64,000 nucleotides of DNA from Kudoa neothunni (Eukaryota > Animalia > Cnidaria), in the NCBI GenBank assembly GCA_964304625.1, contig OZ199838.1, positions 3,142,147-3,206,146 on the forward strand. Direction: 5' to 3'. The stretch's first letter is position 1, and the number at the start of each line of letters is the position of its first letter. A model generated the notes under the pieces. The model saw only the letters and a program-made list of their open reading frames with translations. It was not told the DNA's origin and searched no databases. Of this stretch, positions 51,301 to 64,000 are shown one piece after another. Both the position numbers and the translations under genes were made by a program.

Positions 51301-54300
51301 GCGAGCATTAGTTTTCCTATTGATCACATGTTATCATTCGATCAACGAATTGTTCAATAGAACAATCGACACTACCGCTACCGCATCACTTAAAATCGAC
51401 TCACTGATCCACGATATTTTTATCAGTTTAAGTCGTCATAATGTGCTATCAAGTATGGTGATGAAAAAGTTCTCCTCTAATGATTCATTGAATATTGGTG
51501 GTTCGATTCAAACATTATCTGCCGATTCAAACGTCAGCAACAATGTAGGACTTGAGTATTTGGATCAGTTGGTGGCAGAAAGTAATGCCAAGATGGTCGC
51601 TAACAGCGCCGATGAAAATTCTAATAGACTTAGTTCTCTTGTTGATGATATGGAAAATATATTGATGCGTATATTTGAAATGGGAAATGGTTTTGAATTG
51701 TCACCCTTCGCCAATGTTGGCTTTTCAAGTGATATATATTTAAGTGGTACTGTAAACACAATCAATACTCAATCATTCAAAACTCCATTTTCGGCATCGC
51801 CCAAGATAAATACGCCTCTAGGATTTAATCAATTAGATTTGGTGGTTGTTTGCAGAAAAATTTCACTGATTCTGTCCGCTACAGATATCGGATCAACATT
51901 CAAAAAAAATTGGGTGAGGATTTGTATGAATTGGGCGCTGAATCACTCCTCCAGATTCATCTCTCAAACCAGCTTCCAAATCTATCTCCTACTTGAAATC
52001 CCGATGACTCTAGAAGATATGTATTGTTTGAGTGAAAGGTTGTTGGATTGTGCAAGTGAGTTGATTGAAACTCAACAACGAAACAAAAATCTTGGAACTC
52101 CCACTAAATCCTACTACTCCTCTTTACAGAATTCTATGGAATTTGATTTAATTAAAATTTATGAACTTCAATTTCAATTATTGTTAAGTCAGTTGGAACC
52201 GAATGCCACCCTCTCTTCCAATACTATTATTAATAGTAGTAACACAAGTACTAACCCAAATTTTTCTAAAACACATGAAGAATATACCCATGAAATGATG
52301 ATCTTTTTTGTTCAACTAGCAATAATGTGGTTGAGTTCCAACAGACCGCTAATATTTGTGGCTGGATTGAAAATTGTAAGGTTATTGTTGGGCTCGATTG
52401 TGAACCAACCAGCACATGATCACCTCTCGCAAATCGCCACTAACACCTCCTCACAATCATCGAGTGTGGTTCGTAGATTGTTCGAAATGGACCCTTATCG
52501 TTGGGATGAAGTGTGCCCCAACTTTCCAGGTCTTTTAGTATTGGTTGGTCGAGGTGTTCTTCTTCAGAATGATGCTCCCACTTGTGATAGTGTGATTCAA
52601 GCTTTGTGTGAAATGCTGCCCTATTTGGACAAACCGTTAATTTGCACGTTGAACCCTGATGTGGCTTTGTCGTTCCACACACTCATACTACTCTCTTATA
52701 TGGTGGAGGTTTACGAAAGTCCAACCCATTTTCAATTTACAGCTATCAACCTCTATTCAAAGATTACCTCTACATTAATAGATGAAGACAGCAGTGAATA
52801 TTCACTCTCTAGTCCTATAACCAAAATTAATCGGGCATTTTCTATCTATTCCGAGAAGAACAATATGAATCAACTAGAAGCTTGGTTAGAAATGATACTG
52901 TCCTATGTCTTTGGTGACCATCCGCAGTCGTATGACATTGATATGTGTGTATTGTTTCTATTGCAGTTGGCCAAAAATGAAAATATCATTCACATCTTTT
53001 CCCTCATGCACATAGTGAATGCAGTTATTAAGATATCGCTTCCTACTGATGATGATGTAATGAAACAACTAACAGACTCCATTTCGTTAATATCGAATAA
53101 ATACTTGGATGACAGCAATATCTGTAAACTTTCCATGGATATTTTACATAATCTGATCGGTGTAAAAACCAGCTCCTATATGAACGATTCGCGCCCCGAA
53201 CATACTGCCAACAAGGACACATCTCCAAATCTACTTAGAGAGAAAATTTCAAAAAACATTGAGCGTATCAGTTATATGGATTGGCAATGTGATAATTTGA
53301 TTTTGAATGCCTGTTGCTACAGAAAACAACTCACAACTCTAGTTGAAAACATTAAAGTGTTCATCGTCGAAAACAAATTATGTGATAGTAGTCATCAGAT
53401 TAGACTACAAAATTTGTTTGATGAATTCGTTGATTCCAAGATTACCAAATCTATGTTTAGAGATGTTTTTTCACGTGAAAAAGCCATGTACTTGATCAAT
53501 GACTCCAATGATGATGTTGACGACTCCAACAACGATTTGGAATTGAATAACTACTCTAGGCACGAATCAACAACAATTGCTTCTGTAAGTACGTCAAAAA
53601 ATGAAAATATCTACGATGACAATAATCAACTTGATAAAAAAAATTCCATAGCAGAATTGTCATCTATCACTGTTCAAGTGAATGAAGCGTATCAATTAGT
53701 GGATAATATTGTCAAACCGCCACTAAAATCTAGAGTGAAATTGTTATCGGAATTTGTTATTGTTGATGGAATAGTTGAAGATCAGTTGAGCAACATCACT
53801 AGCAATACAAAAGCCACAACATCCTCACCTCATCTGTGTAAAAACAATAGGAACAGTCTTGCTTCGATTGAAGTGTTTAGTGAAGACCACCTTTCCACAA
53901 ACCACATTGGTAATCCTGATGATGTGAAGCTCGATTCGCACCGCGAATTCGATATTGCCAAAGAGATGGAGGATGTGTTCAACAATTTTAAGTTTCTTGA
54001 TGAGGAATTTTATGATGGTACCAACAACGCTATGGCTTGGAATGATCATATGACACCAAGCAGTGAAGTGGATGATCACAAAACAGCTTTGTTAGAAATT
54101 CACGATTCGCCTGAAACACCCTACCACAATAGCTCATTGAATGACAACTCTACAACTGCAAATAATGACTATTCCGAAAACGACCATCGTTTCCACAGCA
54201 AAGCTAAGATAAGTTATGAAGACATAAAAGTTGCGCTACGGAAACATTCTTCATTTAGCCATAAACCTACGGATCGTGGGGATGCTGATAAACTAAATAA

Positions 54301-55708
54301 TAATGCTAAATTAAACGAAACCGTAAATTTGCCAAAACCATTTTCCCCCGAAGGAGATTCCCCTGCAGTTTTTAAAGAAAAAATAAACCATCACAAACAA
54401 TCACTTAATTACGATACAATTAAGATTTTTCTGCAAATTGGTCCAATGTTTGGTGGATGGGATGATATATTCAACCAACTCACCAGGAGCAATCCCGCTC
54501 TTACATACAATCTTGCCAAGATTTGTGTTATAGCTTCTGATATTCTTAGTTGTGTGTTGTGTGATGTGATAACATTTGTTAAAACTATTTTGTCCTCCAC
54601 ATCCACTAATTTAAAATTCAATAAAATTAACTCTCTTTTGGATACACTTTCTGTTCTATTGGAAAAAAGCTATCTCTACATTCCACAACTTTTGATTCTC
54701 CCAATCAAAGATATGTTCAACATGGCCGACGACATCAAAGATCATTGCACAGTCATTGTCAATCAAGTCACATTAATGTTACAACAGATATTCAGGTTGA
54801 AATCGGTTGTTGATCACCTAATTAAAAAGGAGGTTTTAAGTGGTGTGCCTCCAGTTGGAGCTATCTCTTTTTCGTGTGATTTCTATATACAGTTGGGATA
54901 TGCCAACTCTCAAAAAGATTATTATTCCCAATATTCTGATAGTTGTATCGAATTCGTAGACAAGTTATCCTCCACATCGTCAGCACTTTTATGGACCATT
55001 AGTGAGGTTGTGACCGTGATCAGCAGTTTTAACGCTTGCACTGAATTTGTTGCATGTCACTACAAAATGCTTCACGATGTTCTTTGTCTTCATGAGGCGT
55101 ATGTTGATTTTGAAGAAAATTCGTCAACACATGCAGATCCATCAAAAGCGTTGGCTGATGATATAATCGAAAAATTGGATATTATTCTTCAATCAAATAA
55201 CCAATCAAAATGTCACAAGATTGAAATCCTTCAGAGATTTCGTGTTTTGATGGCTTCTCTAAAATATGGTGACCAAGCTCTTCATCATCTTAGCAATAAT
55301 ACCAGTGATTCCGATTCGTTACGTTCCATAAGTGCGATTCCACCTGAAACTAATTTGAAAGAAACCAAGAACGAATCTAAATCTCTCGCTTCTAATTTAT
55401 TTTCTACTCCTCATGTGCCTCATATGAAGGTTGAGTATAGCCAATCGTTCACCTACTGCCCTACCGACTTAGGCAATAGGTCTTTTGTTACCACTAACAT
55501 TGATGAGCTCTCAAAAGAAGCCTATTTTAACTGTCAACTTAATGTTGTCAATCAATTTTATCGTTTTATCATGGAAACTATTATGGCAATGGAGGAGGAA
55601 TCGGCAAAAACCAATGTTCACTACATCCACTGTGAAACGAATCAATCCGCCAGCAAACATGTAATGATGCTGTCCAAAATTATATTTAGTTTAAAATCTT
55701 TATTATGA
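41698..55708 (+). CDS. FRY: Furry / furry-like (Tao3/Mor2 family) scaffold of NDR kinase signalling; many small 5' exons plus a ~6.9-kb terminal exon
   Basis: Exons match remembered FRY blocks in order: VLNLTFTNY, LIGYIVRWY, FMEILFPLSAIANAELNIP, PLVAASLCCSKKIFFLQYW, VSIECVYRLVW-VYCVRFKGDSN, NILVKIIHIMSQ, NVGIRAFIIIMDALQKK, LELFTTCISAI, IIEGFSL, WALNHSSRFISQTSFQIY, NFPGLLVLVGRG; internal exon boundaries partly approximate. Confidence 0.9.
43340..43370. repeat. (GTT)n microsatellite in a FRY intron
   Basis: About 10 tandem GTT units. Confidence 0.9.
43870..44260 (-). mobile_element. pogo/Tigger transposase fragment in a FRY intron
   Basis: Minus-strand remnants RWFRCFIKRFNI (CENP-B-type HTH) and GYSENFIYNIDEIVLFYK (first catalytic Asp region). 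Confidence 0.65.
44873..45106. mobile_element. Small TTAA-flanked MITE in a FRY intron
   Basis: TTAA|CCAATTGAGGACAACCATAGGC ... GCCCAAGGTTACCCTCAAAAGG|TTAA, imperfect ~35-bp TIRs. Confidence 0.7.
47214..48106. mobile_element. pogo/Tigger-like non-autonomous element in a FRY intron
   Basis: TA-flanked imperfect TIRs CAGTCCTGCCTCGATATTGCGT / CAGTCGTGTCTCGGTATAGCGT; internal ATTGCGTA repeats. Confidence 0.8.
48283..48311. repeat. (TA)n microsatellite
   Basis: About 14 TA units. Confidence 0.9.
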
Positions 55709-56699
55709 AATTTCTAATATTTTTAGTTTTCTATTTATATTACTTTTATTCTTGTTATAACGTAAATTTCTGATGATACTTGTTTATTTACATGTTTCGG
55801 ATATTTATAATTGCTTTAAATTGATCTCTAATGATTTTTATAACCTTTTTCTAATATCTTTCTATTACATCAAAGGTTAGTTTTTATCATAAGTTTTAAT
55901 TTATAAACAAGGCGATGCGCTTCTTAGTTTTAGAAAATACCTTCATAACTTAATTGGGAAAAATTTTATTTTTTTAAAATGACTTTTAACCAAATAAAGC
56001 TATAATTATATAACTAAAAAATATACTAAAAATGGTAGAATTTAACCAGATTATTCGGGTTATCCAGAGAATATCGAGCAGTAGACATAAAGTTTTTTAT
56101 AATTGTGAATAGGTTTTTTGTTTGGAGATTAACTTTCAAAGGACTACCACGATCCTACAAGCTTTTTTATATGGCAGTGGCTATTATCACGAAGACGAAT
56201 TTCTCCATACCCACACAGTATTATATATTTCCGTTTACATATTTTTATTTAGAACTTTTTTTTATTATAAAAATTTTAATTTTCAAATGGAAATTCATTC
56301 ACTTGATTTTTGGCCTTTGTAGCATATAACCGTGTATTTTTCACACTTGTAATAATTACTTAGTTATTATTAAATATTTTACGATAAAACTATTTACTTA
56401 AAAAATTAGAAAAATAATAGCTATCTTAAACACAACATCGATTCGTAAGTCCATAAATAGGGATCATATAATCATTGATTTAACTTCGAGTATCTTAGAA
56501 TTTTACGATAAATAAAAAAAATTACGCGAGAAAGATTTACGACACATGAATAAACTTTACTATAATTCATTCATTTATGATTGCAGTCATTCTGAAACCC
56601 CTCAGTCTTCATACTACTTTGAGCTCTTTAGGAAGCGTAAAATCCGCAAAAAATGTAGGATAACCCACCGAAACAAAAACCTTAGTATTCCAGTAGATC

Positions 56700-57600
56700 T
56701 TGTTGATTTTATATTGGTCTAATAAATTAATCCACTGTGGTTTAATTGGATCCCAATTCTTTTAAATACAAATTAAAATCCTCAATGTTTAGCTGTGAAG
56801 CTCAGCACACATTGTCTGATAATCATTTTAATTCTAACGAGGATTATTTTTGAAGAATAATTAGTATCAAATCTTCTAATTCACATGTGATATACATAGA
56901 AATCAATATGTTCCACTCAAAAATTTGCAAAACGTGAAATTTACACATAAAAAGTTTAGCATTCAGAGAATCGTTATTCAAGACTTTCAAATCTTTTCTG
57001 GTGATTACAGAAAGTACCTTCTCCTTAATCGATGACAGACTACATATTAATTCGTTAATATACTAGTTTAAAATAACTTTTTTTATAAATAGTACATGCA
57101 TTACTTATGGGACTCGTTCCAAGGGAAATCGTTACCAGTTAGGTATTGGGGAACACTGAAGAAAGTTTAATATAATTGAGAGTTTAGAAAATGAATAAAA
57201 TATGAATATTGAGTTTTAACGTGGAATCCAATAATTAATAGGTTGCATCTAACTAAAGTAATTCTAGAAAAAAAACTTTTCCCATCTAATCCTCTATAAG
57301 TATTATTGCACAAAGCTGATTCGCATCCCTAGTAAGAATTCTAACATCACAGTTATGATCCAAAGTTAAAATCTATAAAAATAGTTTTATTTCATTACGT
57401 CATGAAGATATATTTTTCGTATAATGTATGGACTTGAGTGTAATTATTTCATCAGTTTCTTATTTTAGACTGCCAGCATTTTTTCACTGGAAAACATAGA
57501 AATTAATTCTGATGTTAATTATTATTGCGGTCTGATTTACGTATGGCTGTGTACTTGAAGAAAGCATGATTCCATATGTGGTTATGTCGTAGTTTGTAAA
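56700..57600 (-). pseudogene. Decayed Mutator/MULE transposase (FAR1/ZSWIM3-like); boundaries approximate
   Basis: Minus-strand remnants in the expected order: DATY, VLSVIT..KDLK, AKLFMCKFHVLQIF, LYL..KNWDPIKPQW; many stops and frameshifts; TIRs not identified. Confidence 0.6.
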
Positions 57601-59109
57601 AATTTCACTTTTTTTTCAATCGGAGCTGACTCCTACCTTAATATGAGTCTGACAGATGCCTCACAAAGTTTTAGCCTCTTTTACGCCTTTCGACCTATAA
57701 CGATAATGGTCGCCAAAATAACAAATGTTCTAAATATAACGGTATTTCAGCTTCCATTAAATTTTTTGGAAGAGTACTCGTTTGATACAAATAATTTTTT
57801 AAATCTTTTATCTATTAGGTTACACAATGATTTTTTTTTTGTTTATCTCAAAGGACTCTTCTAGCTGATGAAACAAGATAAATCTTCTCTCCACTTAAAA
57901 GATATCACTCTCAGCACTTCTTTCAAATATTTCTCATTCACCCATATTGAATATCAGAAAAATTCACATATATGAGGAAAAATTACTAATTATTTATAAT
58001 CATTAATATAAAATATAAATATTATTCATATAAGTATTACAAGTTTTGTAAGTTTATTTTTGGGACATCTTTAAACCCTTTTTTCAGAGTTGTCCGTATT
58101 AAAGTACCCTAAACGGTTAAGGTAAATATCATTAATCTACAAATTTAGATACTAAATATCTTTTAACGAACCAAAAAATGTATATATACATACATATACA
58201 GGTTGTGTATTTGTGACAGATTTGATTTAATTACGTCGATTTGAGGATGGATCGTCGAAGTAGGGCTCAAAAAAGCCTGGAAATACTTAATTGTGCTAAC
58301 GTAACACCAAAAATTATTTCATTGATTGAGATTTGCACAATAATAAGCTAATATTCAAAATTTTTAAGCTAACAACTATTGTTTAATCAACATAAAAGCT
58401 GATTTTTAAGATAAAATCTTTATTGAAAATTTTGGCACGAAAATTTATTACTTAATAGAAAAAAATATATCTAAGTATTAACGAAAATTATAGGTCTAAG
58501 CATTTTCAGAATTAGGAGAAATTCGTTTTCGTGACGATAGACAGCCCCGACATGGGATTTTACGCTAGCGTAGTAACAGCCATTGCCTTTTTATATTACC
58601 AGTAAACTCTCGATATTGGGTGACTTTTGGGGACCAATGAAAAGTCTCGCAATAGGTAGAAACTACACAATACCGAATAACATAGAATCGAGAGTTTTCT
58701 GTATTACTGATCAAGTAGGCTTATTACAACGAGCGACAAGCGACATGTGGTGTGGTGTGGTTCATAAATTTAAGAAATTTTTTAAAATAATGGTTTATAA
58801 AATAAATTTAATATTACCCTTGTCTTTTTGTTAAATGCTTTAGTTTATCTACAATAGCTCGACTATTTACCATGTCATAAGACAAATTAGATCAAAATTT
58901 ATTTAATGTACAAGTCTAATATTGCTTTGGGAAATCACATGCTAGTTAAATATAAACACCGCTATTACATTTAATAAATATAAGGATAATTTTGTGAGTT
59001 AAAATCTACTCTACTTTCCAGTCATAAATCTTAGCGATCACCTCAAAATATAACGTGTAATAATATTTAATGTAATTTGGACTTATTTCCTTCTATCTTT
59101 TCGCAGTAA

Positions 59110-59900
59110 AATTCGATTTTTGATTTTCACAGTTGAATGTATACATTCTCTTCTCCATTGCTTTGATGCTCTTTAAATTTTCGAATAAGCGCGTGCAACA
59201 CAAAATGTGATTGTCTAAAACGGTTGTAGAAATGCCAATTGAATGTCTCACCAGAATTTAATTAAAGTTGATAGTTTGCAATAGTTTGTCGAAACAATTC
59301 CGAGATTGTATTGGAAATTTAGGGTTTTAGATAAAAGTGCTTTCAATGTATTCCCCAAATGACTCTGCGTTGGCAAAATTGAGAAAACATTTAAATTTCA
59401 TTAGCAACTTCTCAAATTCTTTTTTCACAAAATTTGGTGGAACAAATTAATCTAGTTTTTCCATTTTTTGTATGCACACTATCCTAAGTGAAATAAAAAG
59501 AAATGTACAGAATATTTTCAATATTTTCAAAGATTTATATGCAGACATTTCAAAATCTATTATATTTTTTAGAAGTTTTCTATTTCCTTTTTTTGAAGAA
59601 TTTGTAATACTTTTTCGTGACTTTTTTGTGATTTGTCAAACATCAATACATAAAAAGAGAAAAAACCTTAGTAAAAACTGAACTGCGGGTTATTGAAAGT
59701 TAAACGAATTCTATTCGGATCACTTTGAAGGTAACATCGGAGATCCAATAATTATAATTCTACAAGTTTACAAGTTTTCTCTCGGTATTGAAAATAATGA
59801 TTCTATTCCGGTCACGAGATCCCAAGTCATGAGGACAGAACGTTTCATCTCCGAATTTTTTAAGTTTGTGTAAACATCATTCATCGGAATAATTTTAATG
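59110..59900 (-). pseudogene. Second decayed MULE transposase; boundaries approximate
   Basis: Minus-strand remnants ISDVTFKVI (DGTFK-like), FEMSAYKSLK (DFE-like), FVPPNFVKKEF, FGEYIESTFI..PKFP. Confidence 0.55.
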
Positions 59901-60434
59901 TTTTTCTTTTCTTAAATACTTTTAATACTTTAAGATTGTAGACAGGAATGTACAAAATATTGATAATTCATGGAGTTTAATTTGTTTCATATTCTATTAA
60001 ACGTAGCGTTAAATTAATGGAATGTCTATTATTAATGTATCATTTTTAAAGGCCTAAAGTCACGTATGTTTTTGATATAAAAAAATGCTACCTTTAATAG
60101 TTGAAAACAATAATCGTTTCATTGAAAACTATGATTTTTCTAGAAGAAGAAACAATAACTGCTTAAATTAATAAAATTAAATATAATAGCTATTTTTAGT
60201 ATTTAAATGGAAAAAAATTCCAGTCAAATAATATTTATGGAATTAACTGGTTTAAGAAAAATACAAAAAAACAAAATTGAAGTTTCTATAAATCTTAGGG
60301 TCATTAACTTAGCCTGGAAATCGAAATAAATTTATATCTATAGATAATGATGCAATGAGAAGAACGAATATATTAAAAAACATCATATTACTATTGTTTA
60401 GTTTAAGTTAGCTAAAAGAGTGGATGTCCTGGTA

Positions 60435-61294
60435 TTAAAGTATCTTCATTGTTTTCAAACAAGCGTAAAAAACAAGAAAAAACTACAAGAAAATTGAGCT
60501 ATGTTGACAAGCAATTACATACCATGAGAATTAAAACCGCTCCAATACATACCAAAATTGTCGAATAGTGGGTAGTTAAAAAGTTGTTTATCACATTCAA
60601 GCAATTATTTGTATAATAATCGCTATCGTTTTCGCATGTATTTCCGTTTGGACAACAACTTAAAGGAACAATTCTCCCATAATCGCTAGGGCCATATATT
60701 CCACAGCATTGTAACTTTACAAAAATTTGAAATAAAATTATCAAAATTTATGGTTATACTTTTTTTTGAATTATATCGATCATTTTTTTAACATTTTCAT
60801 TCTCGTTGTACATATTAAAGAGATCCTTGGTGCAATTTAGCGTGATATCGAGGGTCTACAAAATCGGAACATCGATATTTCCACCAACTTAACGTAGAAT
60901 TAATTACATGTCGTTTTTCAACTCCAATACAAACTAAAATTGTTCCTGTGAGAAGAATAATGGTAAAAGTTACCCCAGGTAGGATAAATCTGCTAGTTGG
61001 TGGGATGCCGCATCGTAAACAACAAATAATGCAAATTATAAGCAATGTTAGAATTAGTCCAGCAATTATTGTATAATATCCAACAGAGAGTTTTAAGTAA
61101 GTATTGCAAATATCACCAATCATTAATTGAATGTTGGTTCCAACAACAATCAATAACATTCCAGCAATCTAAATAGATTTGAAGTAAAGATACATCTTGA
61201 ATATAGTTTATTAAGAGTTTGCCTAACTTACAGCAACCATCAAACATAGAATGGAAAATAGGAAAAGACCAATTTTATGTACATTGCAACGCAT
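60435..61294 (-). CDS. Tetraspanin, 5 exons
   Basis: Four hydrophobic segments; large extracellular loop with IDIIQKK|LQCCG..GPSDY, PLSCC and NNC; in-frame GT-AG mini-introns; ends FFLVFYACLKTMKIL*. Confidence 0.92.
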
Positions 61295-61632
61295 TGGACA
61301 AAATATGAAAACTATAATCCACTGATAAGTGGGATCGGTGAACACACACATGATCCCATAATATTGACTTAAAACTTATTTGTGTTTGCTTTTCTATTAT
61401 TTAAACATAATTAATTAAATAACAAATAAGTATTCGACCCAAAAGAAGGATGAAACTGTTCGATTTTATGATCTGATTGACATTTATACGAAATTTTTTT
61501 TATTGATAAAATACCTTGAATAATATTATTTGAGATAATGTTAATAAGAATTTAAATTCTTTCTAATATGGATGAATAAGATAATTAAACGCGATAAATA
61601 GTCAATTTCAATGAATTATCAGTCAATATTAG

Positions 61633-61837
61633 TGTCATAATCCGAGAATCACGATCCCTCACAATAAAAAGGGAAGTCGTTCCCGGGTGGGCGACCCGGT
61701 GGAGACCGAGGCGAGGCCCACGCTACACGGGAGATATACATAGACACGACTAAACTGGGAGGAATACCATCACTACCTTTAGTCTATTTTATTCCAGTTC
61801 TCTTTCTTTTGCGCGGCCTTAATCCCAAACTATAACA
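61633..61837. mobile_element. Solo LTR (205 bp)
   Basis: TGTCATA...TATAACA termini, exact 5-bp TSD ATTAG on both sides, GC-rich compared with its flanks. Confidence 0.85.
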
Positions 61838-63101
61838 ATTAGTATTATTTACTGTGTTTAATATTGTTGCTTCCATTTATTGTATTCAGTTCTACATTAT
61901 TAACATGTAATATATTATTACAAACATTATAATAAAAATAAATTATAATTCTTCCCAGTAAATTAACGATGAATGAATGAACGAATAAAATAAATAATAT
62001 TGAGGTTATGTAGTTTTGATAATTTAGATGTTATCATACACAAGAAAAAGTAATTAATAATTACATATAAATATCAATTTTAAAATAAATCCCAATTACA
62101 CAATATTTAAAAGTGGTAATAAAATTAATAATTACATAGAAATTTTATCGTTGGGTAGAGATATTTTCGTGGTAAATTTTACTTCTAAACAGAATGCGCA
62201 CCTGCGTAATGACCATTTTTATTCCTATCAGCCCTCATTCACAAGATGTACACGAATTAAATTTAATAGAAACAGTCGAATTTAATTATTTATGACCGGT
62301 TTTTTCGCACTTAATTTCCGATAATCATTCAATACATTTGAAGCTAGTGACACCTGAATATTATTTACCATGCAAACAGCTGCTTTCTTTACATTGTATC
62401 AACTATGCGCGTGCGCGACAATTTTTTAACGTAATTAATTTTTCTGCAACATTTATTTGTAGAATATAAAAGATTAAAAATTTTTAAACTGAAATTTTTT
62501 TAAATATGATTTTAAAATAAACCATGAATTTATTATTACCTTGTAACTTGAATTAATCCGTTATTAAAAAGATTAATCGGAGAGTTGCAAAGAGATTATC
62601 AGTAAATTATATCTTAAACTATGTAGACTGAATCCGATAAATTTTCGTCATAATAAATTAAATATTAGTTATTTTTATTTCCACAAATTATAAAGTGGCA
62701 AACTTGTGGTTAAATCGGAGTAGAATAAACCCTCGATACTCTTTGTGATGGTATTTTTTAGATAATTTAATATCGCAAAGATGAGTGAATTTTGTGAATA
62801 AAACTATACCTTTTTACTATAAATTTACACTTTAATATAGTTAAAAAATGGAAATATATTTCATTAACGATACGATGAAGTTAACATTATGAGATTCATT
62901 CTTCCGACTTTTCTACTTTAATTTTCATTTCACGCATTAGATCAATTAAAATTGATAACGCCCTTAGATGCAACATAATAAAATTTTAATCAATAATTAT
63001 TCATTAATTTTAAAACTTTTCAAAAAAACTACGTCATCGTATTTATTGTATAAAGTTATTATTCCAATAAACAACAATAATGTTTGTTTTCTCGATATAT
63101 A

Positions 63102-64000
63102 TCTATTTATATAAAATCCTTTGTCTGTTTGTGTGTACCCACAAGTACTCATTTGAACCAGAGATTGTGCAGTCGGTCCCATATATTGATGTTTGTTTAC
63201 TACAGAATGATACTCAATTGGAATAAACTTTTACTCATTGTATACAAAGAGAATCTGCTAATCATGATGTATAATGTTTCAAAAATGTTACATATGTCTA
63301 TTTGGAGTAATTTTAAGACAGATAATGTCGCTAGAGTCATATTTACAAGAGATGTTGCATTTTCCTTAAAATTTGAAGCATAATCAAATTATTTATGATG
63401 CGTTTTCATTTTTCAAGCGTTATGGATATAGTTGAGTGAAAATGATTATGATCATTTTAAATATAACACATAATTTGAGATTATAAGTTGTTGTCATGTT
63501 GGAATAATTTGGGTCTCTATATGCATTCTAAAAACTATGTAGGATGTGTGGAGAGTTTTAAAATAATTAAATTTTTGTGATAACTTAAATGAAAATTATG
63601 CTCCATTGGAATTCCTGAGATGTGAACATTCATTTTTATCAAATATGTCGATTGAGATTGAAATTATATTCGTCTTTTCGATAATTTTTTACTCATTTTT
63701 TGTTTTTCCTAAACTTTCTTGCAAAACAGCGGGCATAAATAATTCGATAAGTTTCTATATTTGATGAGACAATTTTTTAAATAATGTTTAAGTTCTTAAT
63801 AACTTAATTATTCCCTATCCCCAAACCTTAAGATTAATATTCAGATCAATATATTGTTTTCTTTAGGCTCGCATTAATTCACTATGATATAAAAGCTGCA
63901 TAAAATACATGCCTTCTCACTCAATACGTGACATGTAAGTTAATAAGAAATTATTGGGCTATTCGATCTAACAGATATTTTTGCAAAGTTTACGTTAATC
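63102..64000 (+). mobile_element. 5' part of a second copy of the Helitron-like repeat; runs off the window end
   Basis: A|TCTATTTATATAAAA start followed by TGTCTGTTTGTGTG; colinear similarity to ~37700-38550. Confidence 0.75.

Noticed and set aside
49018-54621. Short antisense and alternative-frame ORFs within FRY (likewise within DNA2, tubulin and the FN3-like gene)
   Set aside because: Shadow ORFs of real coding sequence, many with non-ATG starts and no motifs
61660-61780. GC-rich patch as a tRNA, snRNA or SRP RNA gene
   Set aside because: No cloverleaf or recognisable snRNA motif; fully explained by the TSD-flanked solo LTR
63084-63383. 99-aa ORF as a host gene
   Set aside because: Lies almost entirely in the Helitron-like repeat, and the frame is not preserved in the sister copy at ~37.5-37.9 kb

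Overview
AT-rich eukaryotic genomic DNA with fast-evolving proteins, standard genetic code and mostly 40-65 nt GT-AG mini-introns. It looks like a compact metazoan genome, possibly of a parasite, but the species cannot be determined from this window. I spliced the genes by hand. Conserved genes: gamma-tubulin (16 exons), AMPK gamma subunit, DNA2 nuclease/helicase, furry (FRY/Tao3 family, ~14 kb with a 6.9-kb last exon) and a tetraspanin. Lineage-specific genes: a type I membrane protein built from Cys-containing FN3-like repeats, a two-domain CAP/SCP protein, and three orphan multi-exon genes missed by the ORF track. Intergenic and long-intron DNA is largely decayed transposons: piggyBac, hAT, pogo/Tigger, MULE, Helitron and a solo LTR. 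The most notable feature is a cluster of four intact, intronless, mutually divergent retroviral-type aspartic protease genes (1.7-5.5 kb) with no gag, RT, integrase or LTR context. This is a candidate domesticated and expanded retropepsin family. All family assignments come from motif recognition, not database searches.
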